Positions 33,901-46,253 of a stretch of DNA of 64,000 bases are shown one piece after another. Source of the stretch: Octopus vulgaris (taxonomy: Eukaryota); contig OX597816.1 in assembly GCA_951406725.2 (NCBI GenBank), forward strand, positions 152,210,001 through 152,274,000. The letters are read 5' to 3'. Every line of letters starts with the position of its first letter. The stretch's first letter is position 1. Both the position numbers and the translations under genes were made by a program. The notes beneath the pieces are model-generated. The model ran no database searches. It saw only the letters and a list, made by a program, of their open reading frames with translations, and was not told the origin of the DNA.

Positions 33901-36489
33901 TGCAAATATTTCACTTTATACATAAATATATCTTGTTTTATTTTATGTTAGTCTTTTACAAAAAAAAATTAATAAATACAGAAATGTCATGGTGATTGTA
34001 AACAGACTGTCTCAAATTTCTTTAGTTCCCCTTCTGTTGTCGTATATAAACATTAAAACAAAATCCTTAATCTAATTTATATTTGTTTTCTTTTTTCATT
34101 GCTAAATCTACAGACACAGTAACATCATAATGTAACTTCAAGTTTAAAGTAGAAACTTTAGTTGCACAATTTCTAAACTAGTGGAAATTGCTCGTTTGGC
34201 ACTTATTTTCTCACCACTCTGGTTAGTTTTTACCAGATCTAGTTTAGAACAACAAAGCTCTATTGCTATTTTCTTCCTTAAATGTGTTAGGTGTGAGATT
34301 GAAATTTGTGGGATTCTATTAGAGAAGAAAATGAAGTTGATTTCTCCATTTCCTACTCCCAGATCAGTGGAGGACATGAACTGAACACTGCAAGTTAATT
34401 AAACACCTGTTAATAACACAGCATTCCCATTTTTCAAGCAGTGATTTTATGCTTGATAGATCATGATATTCAATGACTGAACATATGTTGTGACTATGAA
34501 CACAACACATTGCTGCTCCTAATGGGATATCAACTGTTGACTTTCACTGTTAATTTAAAAGTCAATACTTATGACTACCTTTGTTTCCCAATGCAAAAGT
34601 AAAATGGTAGAAATATACAACACTTGTTGTTAAAAAAGAAAACAAAAATTTTTTTAATCATTCGTGTAATGTCATTTTCATATCGGTCTTATTATAATTT
34701 CATTTAGTTGCTTTTTTTTTTTTGTACTTTTCCTTGATTTTCTTAGTAAATAGTGAGCCAAATAAAAATATCTTAGGCTTCAGTGAATTGAAATCAATAT
34801 CTGAGATTAGCTTTCATAATTTAACAGTTATTAAAACCAGTAATATACTGGGGGAAGTATGTCATTGTTATCAGTTACACTTCTCTTGAAAATTGGTTTA
34901 GATCTAAGTCAAAGAAAAATCCCATCCCTCAATTTTTTCTTTTTTATTCTCTAAAAACAAATGTTCCTTTAGAAGTATGTTCTAGAACATGAAATTATTT
35001 TGCCTTATTCTTGCCTTGGCAATTCTGTTCCTGTTCCTTAAGAGGCGTTCTACTAAGATTACTGACAGAAGATTCACTGAATGTTATCTACAAATATTTT
35101 TGCTTTGCTTTGTTTTTTCTTTGTTTAAACAAATTGATACTTATTAAAAATGTGCAAAATATAAACATTGTGTGTGTGTGTCTACATACATACATACATA
35201 CATACATTCATATATAAAACCATTTTTGTAAGTTTGTGTACTTGAGTACACTAAACATGCACTGAATAAAAGACCCAATACCGGTTGTTGTCAAAATATT
35301 CTTTATTTTTAGCAAAAGTTTGAAGTAAACAGTTCACCCTTGATATTAAATATCAAAATATATTACTGTGTGTGTATGTATATATACATGCATTTATGTA
35401 TATTTGTGTGTAAGCTACAGTTCACTAACTAAAACCAGTAGCGTTTATGTGTTTGTGTATATAAATTCCAATTTTAGAATAGGTACACCCATGTCTCTGC
35501 AGGTTTTAAGAGGCAACTAAAATGAAATTGGAAACAAGACGATGAGGCATTTAGCCATAAACCCACATTAGAAAACCTAACCAACCCATGCTAGCACAGA
35601 AAAGCATATGTAAAATGAGACACCTGTGAACTCATGGGTTCGATTGTGGACTGGAAAATGCATTGTGTCCTTGAGCAAGATACTTTACTCCATATTGCTC
35701 TAATCTACTCAACAGAAAACAAGTCCCAACAAATAGCTGATGAAGCCTCACCTCCATTGTCATATCCTCAATGTTCCAATCTGTCAAAGGTGAAAGTGTC
35801 TAGAACTGCTCACGACTGAAAGCCTGGTAGAAGCTATCAGGTCGTTTTATATGTATGTGTATTTCATACATACATATATTTGTGTGCGTGTGAATGGAAA
35901 GTAGTGAATTTGCTTACTCATGCTTGTTGAGTTTAACCAGGTAATGTACTTGTAATATTGATTTGTAAAGCAGTGCCTCTTTAGGTTACAAGTACTGTAA
36001 AGTATTCAATTTTTTTTTTTTTTTTGATGATTCTACCAGTTCCTCATGTAATAAATATAAAATTGGTGACTTGTTTACAACAAATCCTGTTTCAATTCCT
36101 ACTGAATCTGCTCTCAGCTAGCCTCTGATTCTTTAACCAGACCAGATATATATATTCTAGTCACTAAATAAACACACTTCACTTGAAGAATATTTAATTT
36201 GTATCTGTATGGTTTGTTATGAACAAATACAGCGTCTCACACACATTTTATAACAAGGTGATGCCTGATAGTTGTAATTGTTTAAATATTTCTCTCTCTC
36301 TCTCTTTCCTCAAAAGGGAAAATGAAAATCATTTTTACCTTTGAAGAGGCACAGAAAAACCAGCTATAATCTAGTTAATAAAATACATTTTGACTCAACA
36401 ATTATAATGTATTGTGTATATTGTCTGCTTTATATTGACTTACATTTATACATCTTAAATGTATTTAATATATATATATATACTGATAC

Positions 36490-36783
36490 TGTGTTGGTTT
36501 TGAGGACAAGGGTTCCAGTTGATCTGATCAACAGAATAGCCTGGTTTTGAAATTAACATGCAAATGGCTGAGCACTCTACACACACAACATAGTTCTCCG
36601 AGATTCATTGTGACAAGGCTGGTCCTTTGAAATGCAGGTACAATTCATTTTTGCCAGCTGAGTGAACTGGAGCAACATAAAATAAAACATCACATTCAAG
36701 GACTCAATGTGCTGCCAGGAATTGAACTCATGATCTTACAATCCTTAGCCAAATACCCTAACCACTAAGCCATGCACCTTCAC
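36490..36783 (-). mobile_element. tRNA-derived SINE
   Basis: Minus-strand head GAAGGTGCATGGCTTAGTGGTTAGG (A box) and GAGTTCAATTCC (B box). Confidence 0.65.
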
Positions 36784-39700
36784 TGTAAATTTATATATTA
36801 ATTGAAGGGTACAGTATTATATATCCATTACAGCTGATCTTACCAATCGGTTTCACACTAAGGCTTCAATAGTGTTAAGTAACAGTCTGATTATGTAACT
36901 GTGCTCTTTAGGAGTAGCCATTATGGAATATATGTATATATATATATATAGTTTCTTCATTATTTTATGTATGCTCTCCCAAATCAGCATGGGTTGGACA
37001 AGTCATCAGGGACCATGTCTTACTCATACACTGTAATTTTGACATGGCTTCTGCAGATATAAGCCCTTATAAGCACTATTACAAAGTGTATTAGGGTCAC
37101 ATTGTTGTAACACTAGCACTGAAGAGGTTACTTTGTTTTTGCAAGACTAAATAATGCCCTGTAGTCTCTGTTCTCTAGCATCAGAGAACTGTTTTATCTG
37201 TGGCAGACACCAGAAAAGAATAGTGATAGAGAAGACAGTAAAGGGAGAGAGAGAGTGGTAGATGGCTACATAGGATTGCTGGTCAAGGGGATTCAATACA
37301 AACAAGCCTTGTGATGGGGAAGATGGAAGACAGTAATATCCATAATGAATGAGTGATGGACAATAATAAAGATAGGTAGTAATGAGAGTTGGAATGAAGA
37401 ATGATAGGAAAGAAAGCAACAGCTAGTAAATGAATCCAATACAATGCCATCACATACAGAAGTAAATACGAGAGTGGAAGTAGGGATAGTGGCAAATAAT
37501 GGAGACTTAATATAAACAATAGTAAAGAGAGCATCAAATGTATATATTATACATACCAGTCTTCAGCATTTTTAAATTCATTCTTCCATGCTTACATAGT
37601 TCTCTGTCACAGTGCTTCACTACAAGTTGCCATCTTTGGTCATCATTTTCATGTAGTTCATTTTCTTGAGAGCAATTTTTGCCCTTTATCTAATATCTTC
37701 CCTGGCCTTCTTCCACAGGTTCCATTCACTTCCAGTACTTTACATGCTCTAACATTCTCCATCCAGTGGAGTATGCTTGCCTTATTATTTTTCCAACCTT
37801 TGCAAATTCCCTACATTCATAACCCATGTTTGACTACCAGACAAAAGCCTTCAGGTTGCATACTCATAACTATGTACATCATTAGCTGTTTCACTTGGAA
37901 GAGGTCATTGGTAGTAGTACTGTTGGCATAAATCCAAACTACATTGCAATTAAGATAGTTCTCACCCTAATCAGTAACTTTCATAACCTAGTCTATCAAT
38001 CTGATGCTGTAGAAGTAGTTTTCTTTTTCTAAAATATTTCCTTGGTCTGCTATGCCACTCATTGGTACAACACCTTTCTCTCAAGCCTGATTACCTCATT
38101 AAGTACTCCTGATGGTCAACCTCCTTCCCTACCACCAGTATTAATTGCACATTTGACTACTGATGTAAGCATCAACAGCTGCTGTCTCTGTTGGGTTTAC
38201 TTGAGACATGTCCTTCCCCCATGCATTCTACTCATTCATAATAGCCCTTTTATGCGTGTTTCTTTTTGGCTTTAGTGAGGGCAAGTAGGGCACTATTATT
38301 CTATATACACTTCTCCCCAACAATGTTACGATTTTCTCACAACCTTGCTGTCTGGAACAGCCTACATCTCTGATCTCTTACATTGCAGATCATGTGCTAA
38401 TAGCTTACAGCTTCTTTCCTGACTGAATATACTTGATGTTTAACTTGCCTTCAAGCTATTCCATTTTCTTCAAGTCATTCCAAATCTATCTCTTAGTATC
38501 ATTGTCTACAGTACTATTCCACAAAATGCCTGTCTGGAACATTACATCGACCACAGATTTGTCTGTGTTGTAAATTGTTAAATTATTTGCATCACATAAC
38601 TCCAGGATCTTTGATTCCTGCTCATATTTTAAACCATAGCCATAGCCTTCATTAATGTTGGAGAAGCAATCATGGAATTTAAAGCATGTTCATTAAAATT
38701 CCTAACCAGGATAACAAGGATACTTGTCATCTGTCTTTGTGTCACTCTTCCCCTAATTTATTTGCAAGATATGATGTGGGAGAATTGGGTGAAACATTTA
38801 GTTATCTCTGTGTTCTGGATTAAATCACCTCATAAATTTATGGCCTTGTGCCATAAATTTACATTTGAAATCATTTGTTTTGCTCTTATACAAAGCATTT
38901 CTTGGTGGTCGTTAACATAAGTAACTGTGATGGTGAAAAATCTATCCTAAATGAGTTTGGTCAAGTTTCTAAAATATTGCCTCTTCTTGATATTCTTCCA
39001 TCTCTGCTACATGTTGATTGGATCATAAGAAAGGGACAATTAAGAATCTTACAGAGGTAAATTCAGGGCTTAAAAGTTGATAGTAAGTAAGGTCAGCCTG
39101 TGGAGCCAATGATTTTTTTTTTTATCTCATCAAAACAACTGTGCATGCTTCAGACGGTTAACTTTTGCTGATTTTGTTCCCCTAAGTGTGGGTAAGCTGC
39201 ATAGCTTCATCTCATTGCTGTATGCAGCAGTAGCACTATGAATGGTTTTTAACCGGCAGCGCTGAGTTCAAGTCTTCCTAGGTGTGAAGAATGTAACAAG
39301 GAAACCACTGTCAAATTGTAGCTTCTTTGTCAAGATGGTCGCCAAGATTAGTTTTTAATTAGATAATGACTCGTATTTAGGTAAATGCAAAAGACTGGTG
39401 CTTAAGATAATCTAAAACTGATATATCACTGTTTCATTTCTTTAAATTTTATATATTTTGCCATTTTGGAGGATAAGAAATGATAAAGAGAATCTCTTGA
39501 TGAGTCAGTAAATAAGTTTTAATTCCTGGTTGTAGTCAACTTCATTGTTTAAGCCTGAACATCACAATCTTTCCTCTTACTCTTATAAATGAAAACTTAT
39601 ACATACTAATTAAATGTATGTACATGGAAATCTTTATTATATAACTAAAACAATCACTGTTCTATAAAGTACTTAATAATATTGTAATATAGAGTTTGTT

Positions 39701-42700
39701 TTTATTAACTCTACAAATAAATCACATTTCAAATTCTTGCTTGAACTCTCCTCATGGAGCACAATGCTATCAAAGCCAAATGTTAATTGCTTTCAAAACA
39801 TAAAAAAAAAATATTTCAACAAGTGAATTAATAAGGGTTGTTATGTTGTTCTACATAAGGAAATTATGTCAAGTGATTTATGGTTTTTATATCAGAAATA
39901 AAATCTTACTGCAAAGCAAATAAATTCTTTGAATTGGCTAAAAATAAATATTTATAGGCTAAAGGGAAATCAAGTGACATCAAGCCTAGATTATAAATAA
40001 TCGAAAATATACCAAACCAGTATATTGAATAATAATTATTATTTATAGCCAATAAATAGCAAATGCAATTGAGAAGAATAATGTTTATTTTACAGAAAGT
40101 GTATGTAAATACATTTTAGCTAACATGTTGAGCAACTTATTTTCATAAGAGGTGTTCTTAAAAAATATTCTAAATTTATAAAACTTCTAGAAAAAATTCC
40201 ATACCTACATATATATGTTCTAAAAAAAAAAACTATAGAAAGTAATTCCTGTGACTATATAAGATATTTAGTATTTATACAGTAAATTCTTGGTAATTCC
40301 TCTATAAAAATATCTAAAAGAGAAAAAAAAATTATTACACAAATAAACCAGTCTCTCAAAATCGTAATATATATATTCACCTATGTACAAGTTTTATAGG
40401 AAATAACCATTTCCATGAATACAAAAATTAATTATCTTCAGAACTGTCTTATTCATCTAATTTGAAATTTAATAACAATCTACATTATTCTATTTGTTAG
40501 AACATTAATGTATCCTAGTGGTGTTATACTTTTAACAAGTTTGAATGTTATGCTTTCAACAACCTTAACTATGCAACAAAGACAATTGGAACACATTTAA
40601 TCTTATAAAGATGAATAAATAAATGCATAAAAATAGCATTTTTAAATAAATTTCTCTGGATTGTCATTAACGTTTACAACCTAACATTAAAAAAAAGCAT
40701 TCACAAATTAATAGTGATATTTTTTGCAGTGCATCCTATTAAAAACTACAATGAAGCTAGTTTTCCTAAGCAAAGATAAGGTGATATTTACTATTATAGT
40801 GAACCTTTCCTGTTATAATGATAGTAGAGAAATAACTTTTATTACATGACGTAATAGGAATTTTATCCTTGGGTAGCAACTGTTACTTCCTATTTGTTTA
40901 TCCCTAGAAAGTATGAAAAATGATTAATATTTCCTTCAAACTTTGCTTTTGTTAAATTTTTGAAACCCCAAAGAATCCCTCTCAACACATGGCTATTATG
41001 CCCCCCCCCCACTACCCCTGCTCATCATCAGAGTTGCCCCCCATATTGTCAGCCATTAAGAGACATGCTCAAGTGGTTGAGGTCAAGCAAATCTGTGGTA
41101 TTGAGCAGAAAATTTGCTATAATATTTCTGCTTCAGCATCTTGGTGCGGAAATGTAATGGAAAATAGGTCAGTTTTAACACATTGATGTCCAAGTCAGAA
41201 AGGCAAAATTTCAAGAGAATAGTAGTCATTTCCTTTGATTTATAGATAGAAGCAAATAGGAAACAACACTTACTGACCAAAGACAAAAAGAAAATAAAAT
41301 AAAAATTTTGTTACACTGAGTTATATAGTATATATATGAGTAGGTTCAAATTCCTAGCAGTCATATTTCCTCTCAAACCTCAATTTATAGTGTAACTCGC
41401 TATATAATATCATAAATAAACCAAACCTATTGTTTATGCAATTATATGCAGAAATGTTTTCCAAACTAAGTATTCCATAATGCAATGCATAACTTATTAC
41501 CTAACTTTAAATAATTATAATGTAAAACAACCCTTGTGAAAAAAAAAATGTATAATTTCCATTATTATTTAGATGTAATCTTAAAAAAATAATTATGTCT
41601 TTAAAACAGTTACAAATAACCAATCAAGTTATATGTTTGTTAATTAAATCAAGTTCAGATTTTTTCTTTGTTACTGACAAGCTGATCTCTGATGAAAGTA
41701 ATCAACAAAATAATAATTATTATTTTAAAGTAATCAAGTTATGAATCTAGAAAATTTCAAGTTCAGATGCCCGTGTCACCAAGGTACCAAGGTACAAAAT
41801 TGCTTGATAATACAAATATGTTCAATATATTTTATCGTTACATACAGTGATTTGTAAGCTCTTATTTATCAGTGGGTCTTTTTGCAAATAGAATCTCTAT
41901 TGTTTTATCTATACATAGGTCACAGAACATTCTGTTACCAATGTCTTTTCTTTAGCCAATATACACCATTCCAAGATGTAATGGGTGTTGAAATCATACA
42001 GATATATTCAGTACCTGGATACATGTATAGCATTTCCTCTTTAAATATTGTATAATGGATAATTTATGGAAATTTGATATAAACAATTAAGCGAGTGTTA
42101 TTTTCTGCAGTTACTTAAAATATGTTATATATTGACATATCTTAAATTACGAAAATATCAATTTTTTCTTAATATTGATAACTTTTATACAGCACCAAGT
42201 CATTCTGATATGTCTCGACAAAAATGTATTTACACACACACAAACACACACATATATACTTTTTTAATAATCCTTTTTTTTTATATTTCAAATTATATGA
42301 AGTCTAAATTCCACTAAGTTATTGCATTGTATGCTTGTAGAAAAGAAGTAGAATAGATGAGATTCAGGATAATCCATATTGTTTGTATGATAAAAATTCA
42401 AATATAGACTGGTTTTAAGTCATGCTTAATAAATATTTCAAAATTAAGATTTAATTATAGAATTAATATTAAATATTACATTTTCACTGTAAGAAATTAA
42501 ACAAAGTTATTCCCCCTAGTCTATATGACGTACTCTGCCCATTATCTCATAACCATAAGAACATAAATGAAAAGTCCCCACTCTAAATATTGGCTTTTTG
42601 AAACTTTTTTGTTTATTGTTGTTTTCCACCTTTTCTTCTTAATTTGTATACAAACCGAGTAATACTGTTTTTATGGTATATAGTATTATATGTTTCTAAT

Positions 42701-43708
42701 AGAGAAAAAAACTCGGAAACATCAAAATATTCAACGCATAAAGGAAAATATGTTTTATAATTAGTATTGACTCTTACAAAACCAGTCTGCTTTCCTTTTC
42801 TAAAGAATTCTGCAGAGGTGCTAATAAAACCAGTCTTTTTAGGAGTGAGTGTTATACATAAAACATCCATTTATTCCTAATGTTAACCAGTTCATAGGAA
42901 CATGATCATGCCACTTATAAAATAAAGAAGCAAAAATGCAAGGTCAGAGTGTTAATGTGCTTTATCTGATATGCTCTGGGTAAAACAAAATTTTAAAACA
43001 ATCTTTTTCGTTTGTTTTATTTGTTATAAAACATAATTCCAATACAGCATAGTAATATGTCTCTGTTATAAGTACACTTTAAGTTAATATAGCAATGACT
43101 TAATATTTCCTTTTTAGCCTTGGAATGTTAAGAGTGGGGAAGAGAAACATGTTTACTCTGTTATTTCTTTGCAACTAGATTTTATTTTAATATAAAAGGC
43201 AAATAGTGAGTATTATGGAAGCAAGTGCTCAGTAAGATAAAACTACATGGTTGTAATCATTGAAGTTGTGTAAGAAAGGTATGAATGCCACTAACTCCCC
43301 ATTACTTGTCAACTAAAATACAAAGACTATGTACTTTGTCAAAATTAATCTAAGACAGACACAAATTAAACTAGTGAATATTGCAAACAATAAACAACCA
43401 ATGAGCTGTGATTTAACATCTGATGCAGACACTCTTTTTTTAGTTGTCTGGCAGATCAGTTAATCTGTAGAACTTGAGAGTGCCTAGATATGAGGAGTGG
43501 GTGCTGATTCTTCTTGGGGCCTGCAATTGCTTGGTTTCTTGGCCCCCCCAAAAAAAAAAAATGAAGAGGATTCTTTTATATAACATTATAGACTCCCAGC
43601 CAATTACCAGACTTATAAACTCATTTCACTCCTTGCAAACATTTATCCAGTATATATAGTAGATGTTTGTTTTCTACAACTTCCTTTAGCTAATATTAAT
43701 TCAAATTT

Positions 43709-44008
43709 TTAAAGCGGCAAGCTCGTAGAACTGTTAACATGCCAAGCAAAATGCCTAACGGCATTTTGTTCATTTCTAGATTCAAATGCTACCAAGGTTG
43801 ACTTTGCCTTCCATCCTTTCAGCGTGAATAAAATAAGTACCAGTTGTGTACTGAGGTCGATCTAATTGACTGGTACCCTCCCACAAAATTTAGGCCTTGT
43901 GCCTAAAGTAGAAAAGAATAAGATAGGTACCAGTTGAACACTGGGGTTGATGTAAATCAATTTATCCCCTCTGCCGAACTTGCTGGCCTTGTGCCAAAAT
44001 TAAAAATC
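43709..44008 (+). mobile_element. Same-head SINE with a duplicated 3' half and 17-bp TSD
   Basis: AATATTAATTCAAATTT at 43692-43708 and 44009-44025; related copies at about 7324-7500, 7972-8155 and 14428-14660. Confidence 0.75.
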
Positions 44009-46253
44009 AATATTAATTCAAATTTATTTTTCTAAGCACATTTGTGCTTGATCTCATCAAGAAAGTGCCAAGGAAAATAATTTGGATCTTTCATTAGCAA
44101 TACTTGCACAATTTAAACACATTTATGTGTAAAATTTATTTATGATTTATTTTAAAACTCTTTCTAAAGATGATTATTATGATACTTGAAAAAGGTCTGG
44201 GGGAGGGTACAAAGTGACTAGTAATAGACATAAAGACCAATTTTTAGTACTTTAAATATCTCACCAGTATTTAATAGGATAAAAATTTCAAATGTATTTG
44301 TGTGTACCTCAATAAGAAAAAAATGTACATATTTACCACATCTTTGAATAATAATTTGATGCATTTTCTTTTAAATCTCAGTTCAAACACACACACACAC
44401 ACTATACAATACAAAATCAACTCTACCAGATAACTTCAACCAGCCAATGTATATCTAGTCATTATTAAATATGTTAAAATGCATGATTTGACTAAATGGA
44501 TAATGTTGTTGGATTTTGATTACCAATATATAGATCTGTAAACCTTGGTTAAAAATAAAGGTCACACACAAATATATATATACATAGGAGCAAGTGTCTG
44601 TCTTCTTTTCATTCTTGCATTAAATATGAATTTTAATTTTCAGGAGCAAGAGACAGGAAAGCAGGTATAAATACTTTGAAACACCTGATGTGGTATATTA
44701 TATTCTCTGAAGAGTCCTACTGAAAACATTAGATTATTCTTGAAGGCAATTATCAATTCCACTTTGCAAACTTTGTACATTACTAATAACTTGAATTAAA
44801 AGCTCTAACATTACTCAATATCATTCTTTTTTGGGTATTGTATTTAAAATTATTTTGTTCACATTGAATTCATGCTTTAGGTTTGTTTCTTGTTTCAGTT
44901 CAATGTCCAGGGGAGATGCATGATAGTCGTACCAACCCAGTCCTCAAAACTGCAAGAGTTATGGATGGCAGAGTTAATACCATCCAAAAGTCAGTTATAT
45001 ATGTCCTTATGAAAAGGTATATTGATCATCCTTTCATCAATTTTTGCCAATCCAACACTCCAGTTTTGCTTAACCATTTAGCATTTAATCCAACCATATC
45101 TGGCCCAAATATTCTACCTGTTTCATGTTCAAACTAGCCAGATCCAGCATCTTGCACTGACCCACCAATATCTTTCAAAAATAAATATATATATATATAT
45201 ATATGTATATATTCCTCAGATCAGAAAAAAACTGACTGGTAAGTAAAGACATGTTACTGTAATTTTAGAAAGATATTGGTGGGTCAGTGCAAGATGCTAG
45301 TTTGAATACGAAACAGGTAGAATATATATACATATATATATATATATATAGTTGAAGTTTACAGAAAAACAAAAGACAAAGACAGGTGTATAAACAACAA
45401 GCAGGTGTATTAGTCTGATGCTCAGGAAGGTGAGAAACTCTTTTATGTTTCAAGCCTATGTTCTTCAACAGAAAGGAACACGGGGAAATAAACAGAAAGA
45501 GAATAAAAAAAAATCTTGTGGATTTAGCAGTCAATCATGTCAACTATATATACATATAATAATCTTACTCCTTTTTGATTTACATGAAAAAATACAAAAA
45601 AAGAGGGAGTATAATCAATTGAATTGATTCCAATAAACATACACATATACACAACAATTGGAGTGTTGGACAAATTCCCTACAGCCCCTTGCCAGAGGAA
45701 CTTAAAAGAGTCAATGGCCATTCTGAATATGGGTAGACAGAACTTGTGAGCCTTGGTTAGCAGTCTGTCTAGGAGAAGGAACACTCTGATTTAAAAACTG
45801 GGGTAGATAAGACTCCTTAGTCACAGTGGTGACAACCTGTCCTTGTGTCCAATGGTTCCATTCCTGGGATGAAGGCAAATGAACCATGAATCAGGACTTA
45901 ACCCCAGAGCAATATTCGGATGAAGATATGGGACCAACTGGTGCTCACCTATTTCCTAGTGTAAATCAGAATCATGGTCTCCAACACACAGAAATGTGAA
46001 GGGAACAAGCCCAACTTATGGGTAGCTCTGCAGTCTTGGTAGACTCTCTTGCCAAACCAACTGGAGAAGTGTGAGAAAAGCAAGTATCTGGTGCCTTCAA
46101 ATAACCAGTGCTCTGAGTAGGCTGTACTTGTTAGCCTTGGGTGACAAGCAGCCTAGGAGAAGGAACACTTTGAGTCCAAAACCAAGGGAACAAGAACTCT
46201 GCCACCTTGGCAGGTTGGTAGTAATCTAAAAACACACCTCGTTTGTGAGTGAA

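Noticed and set aside
39120-39350. GC-richer island with CAAGATGGTCGCC (YY1-like)
   Set aside because: No supportable ORF, splice pair or RNA structure; a single imperfect motif is not enough.
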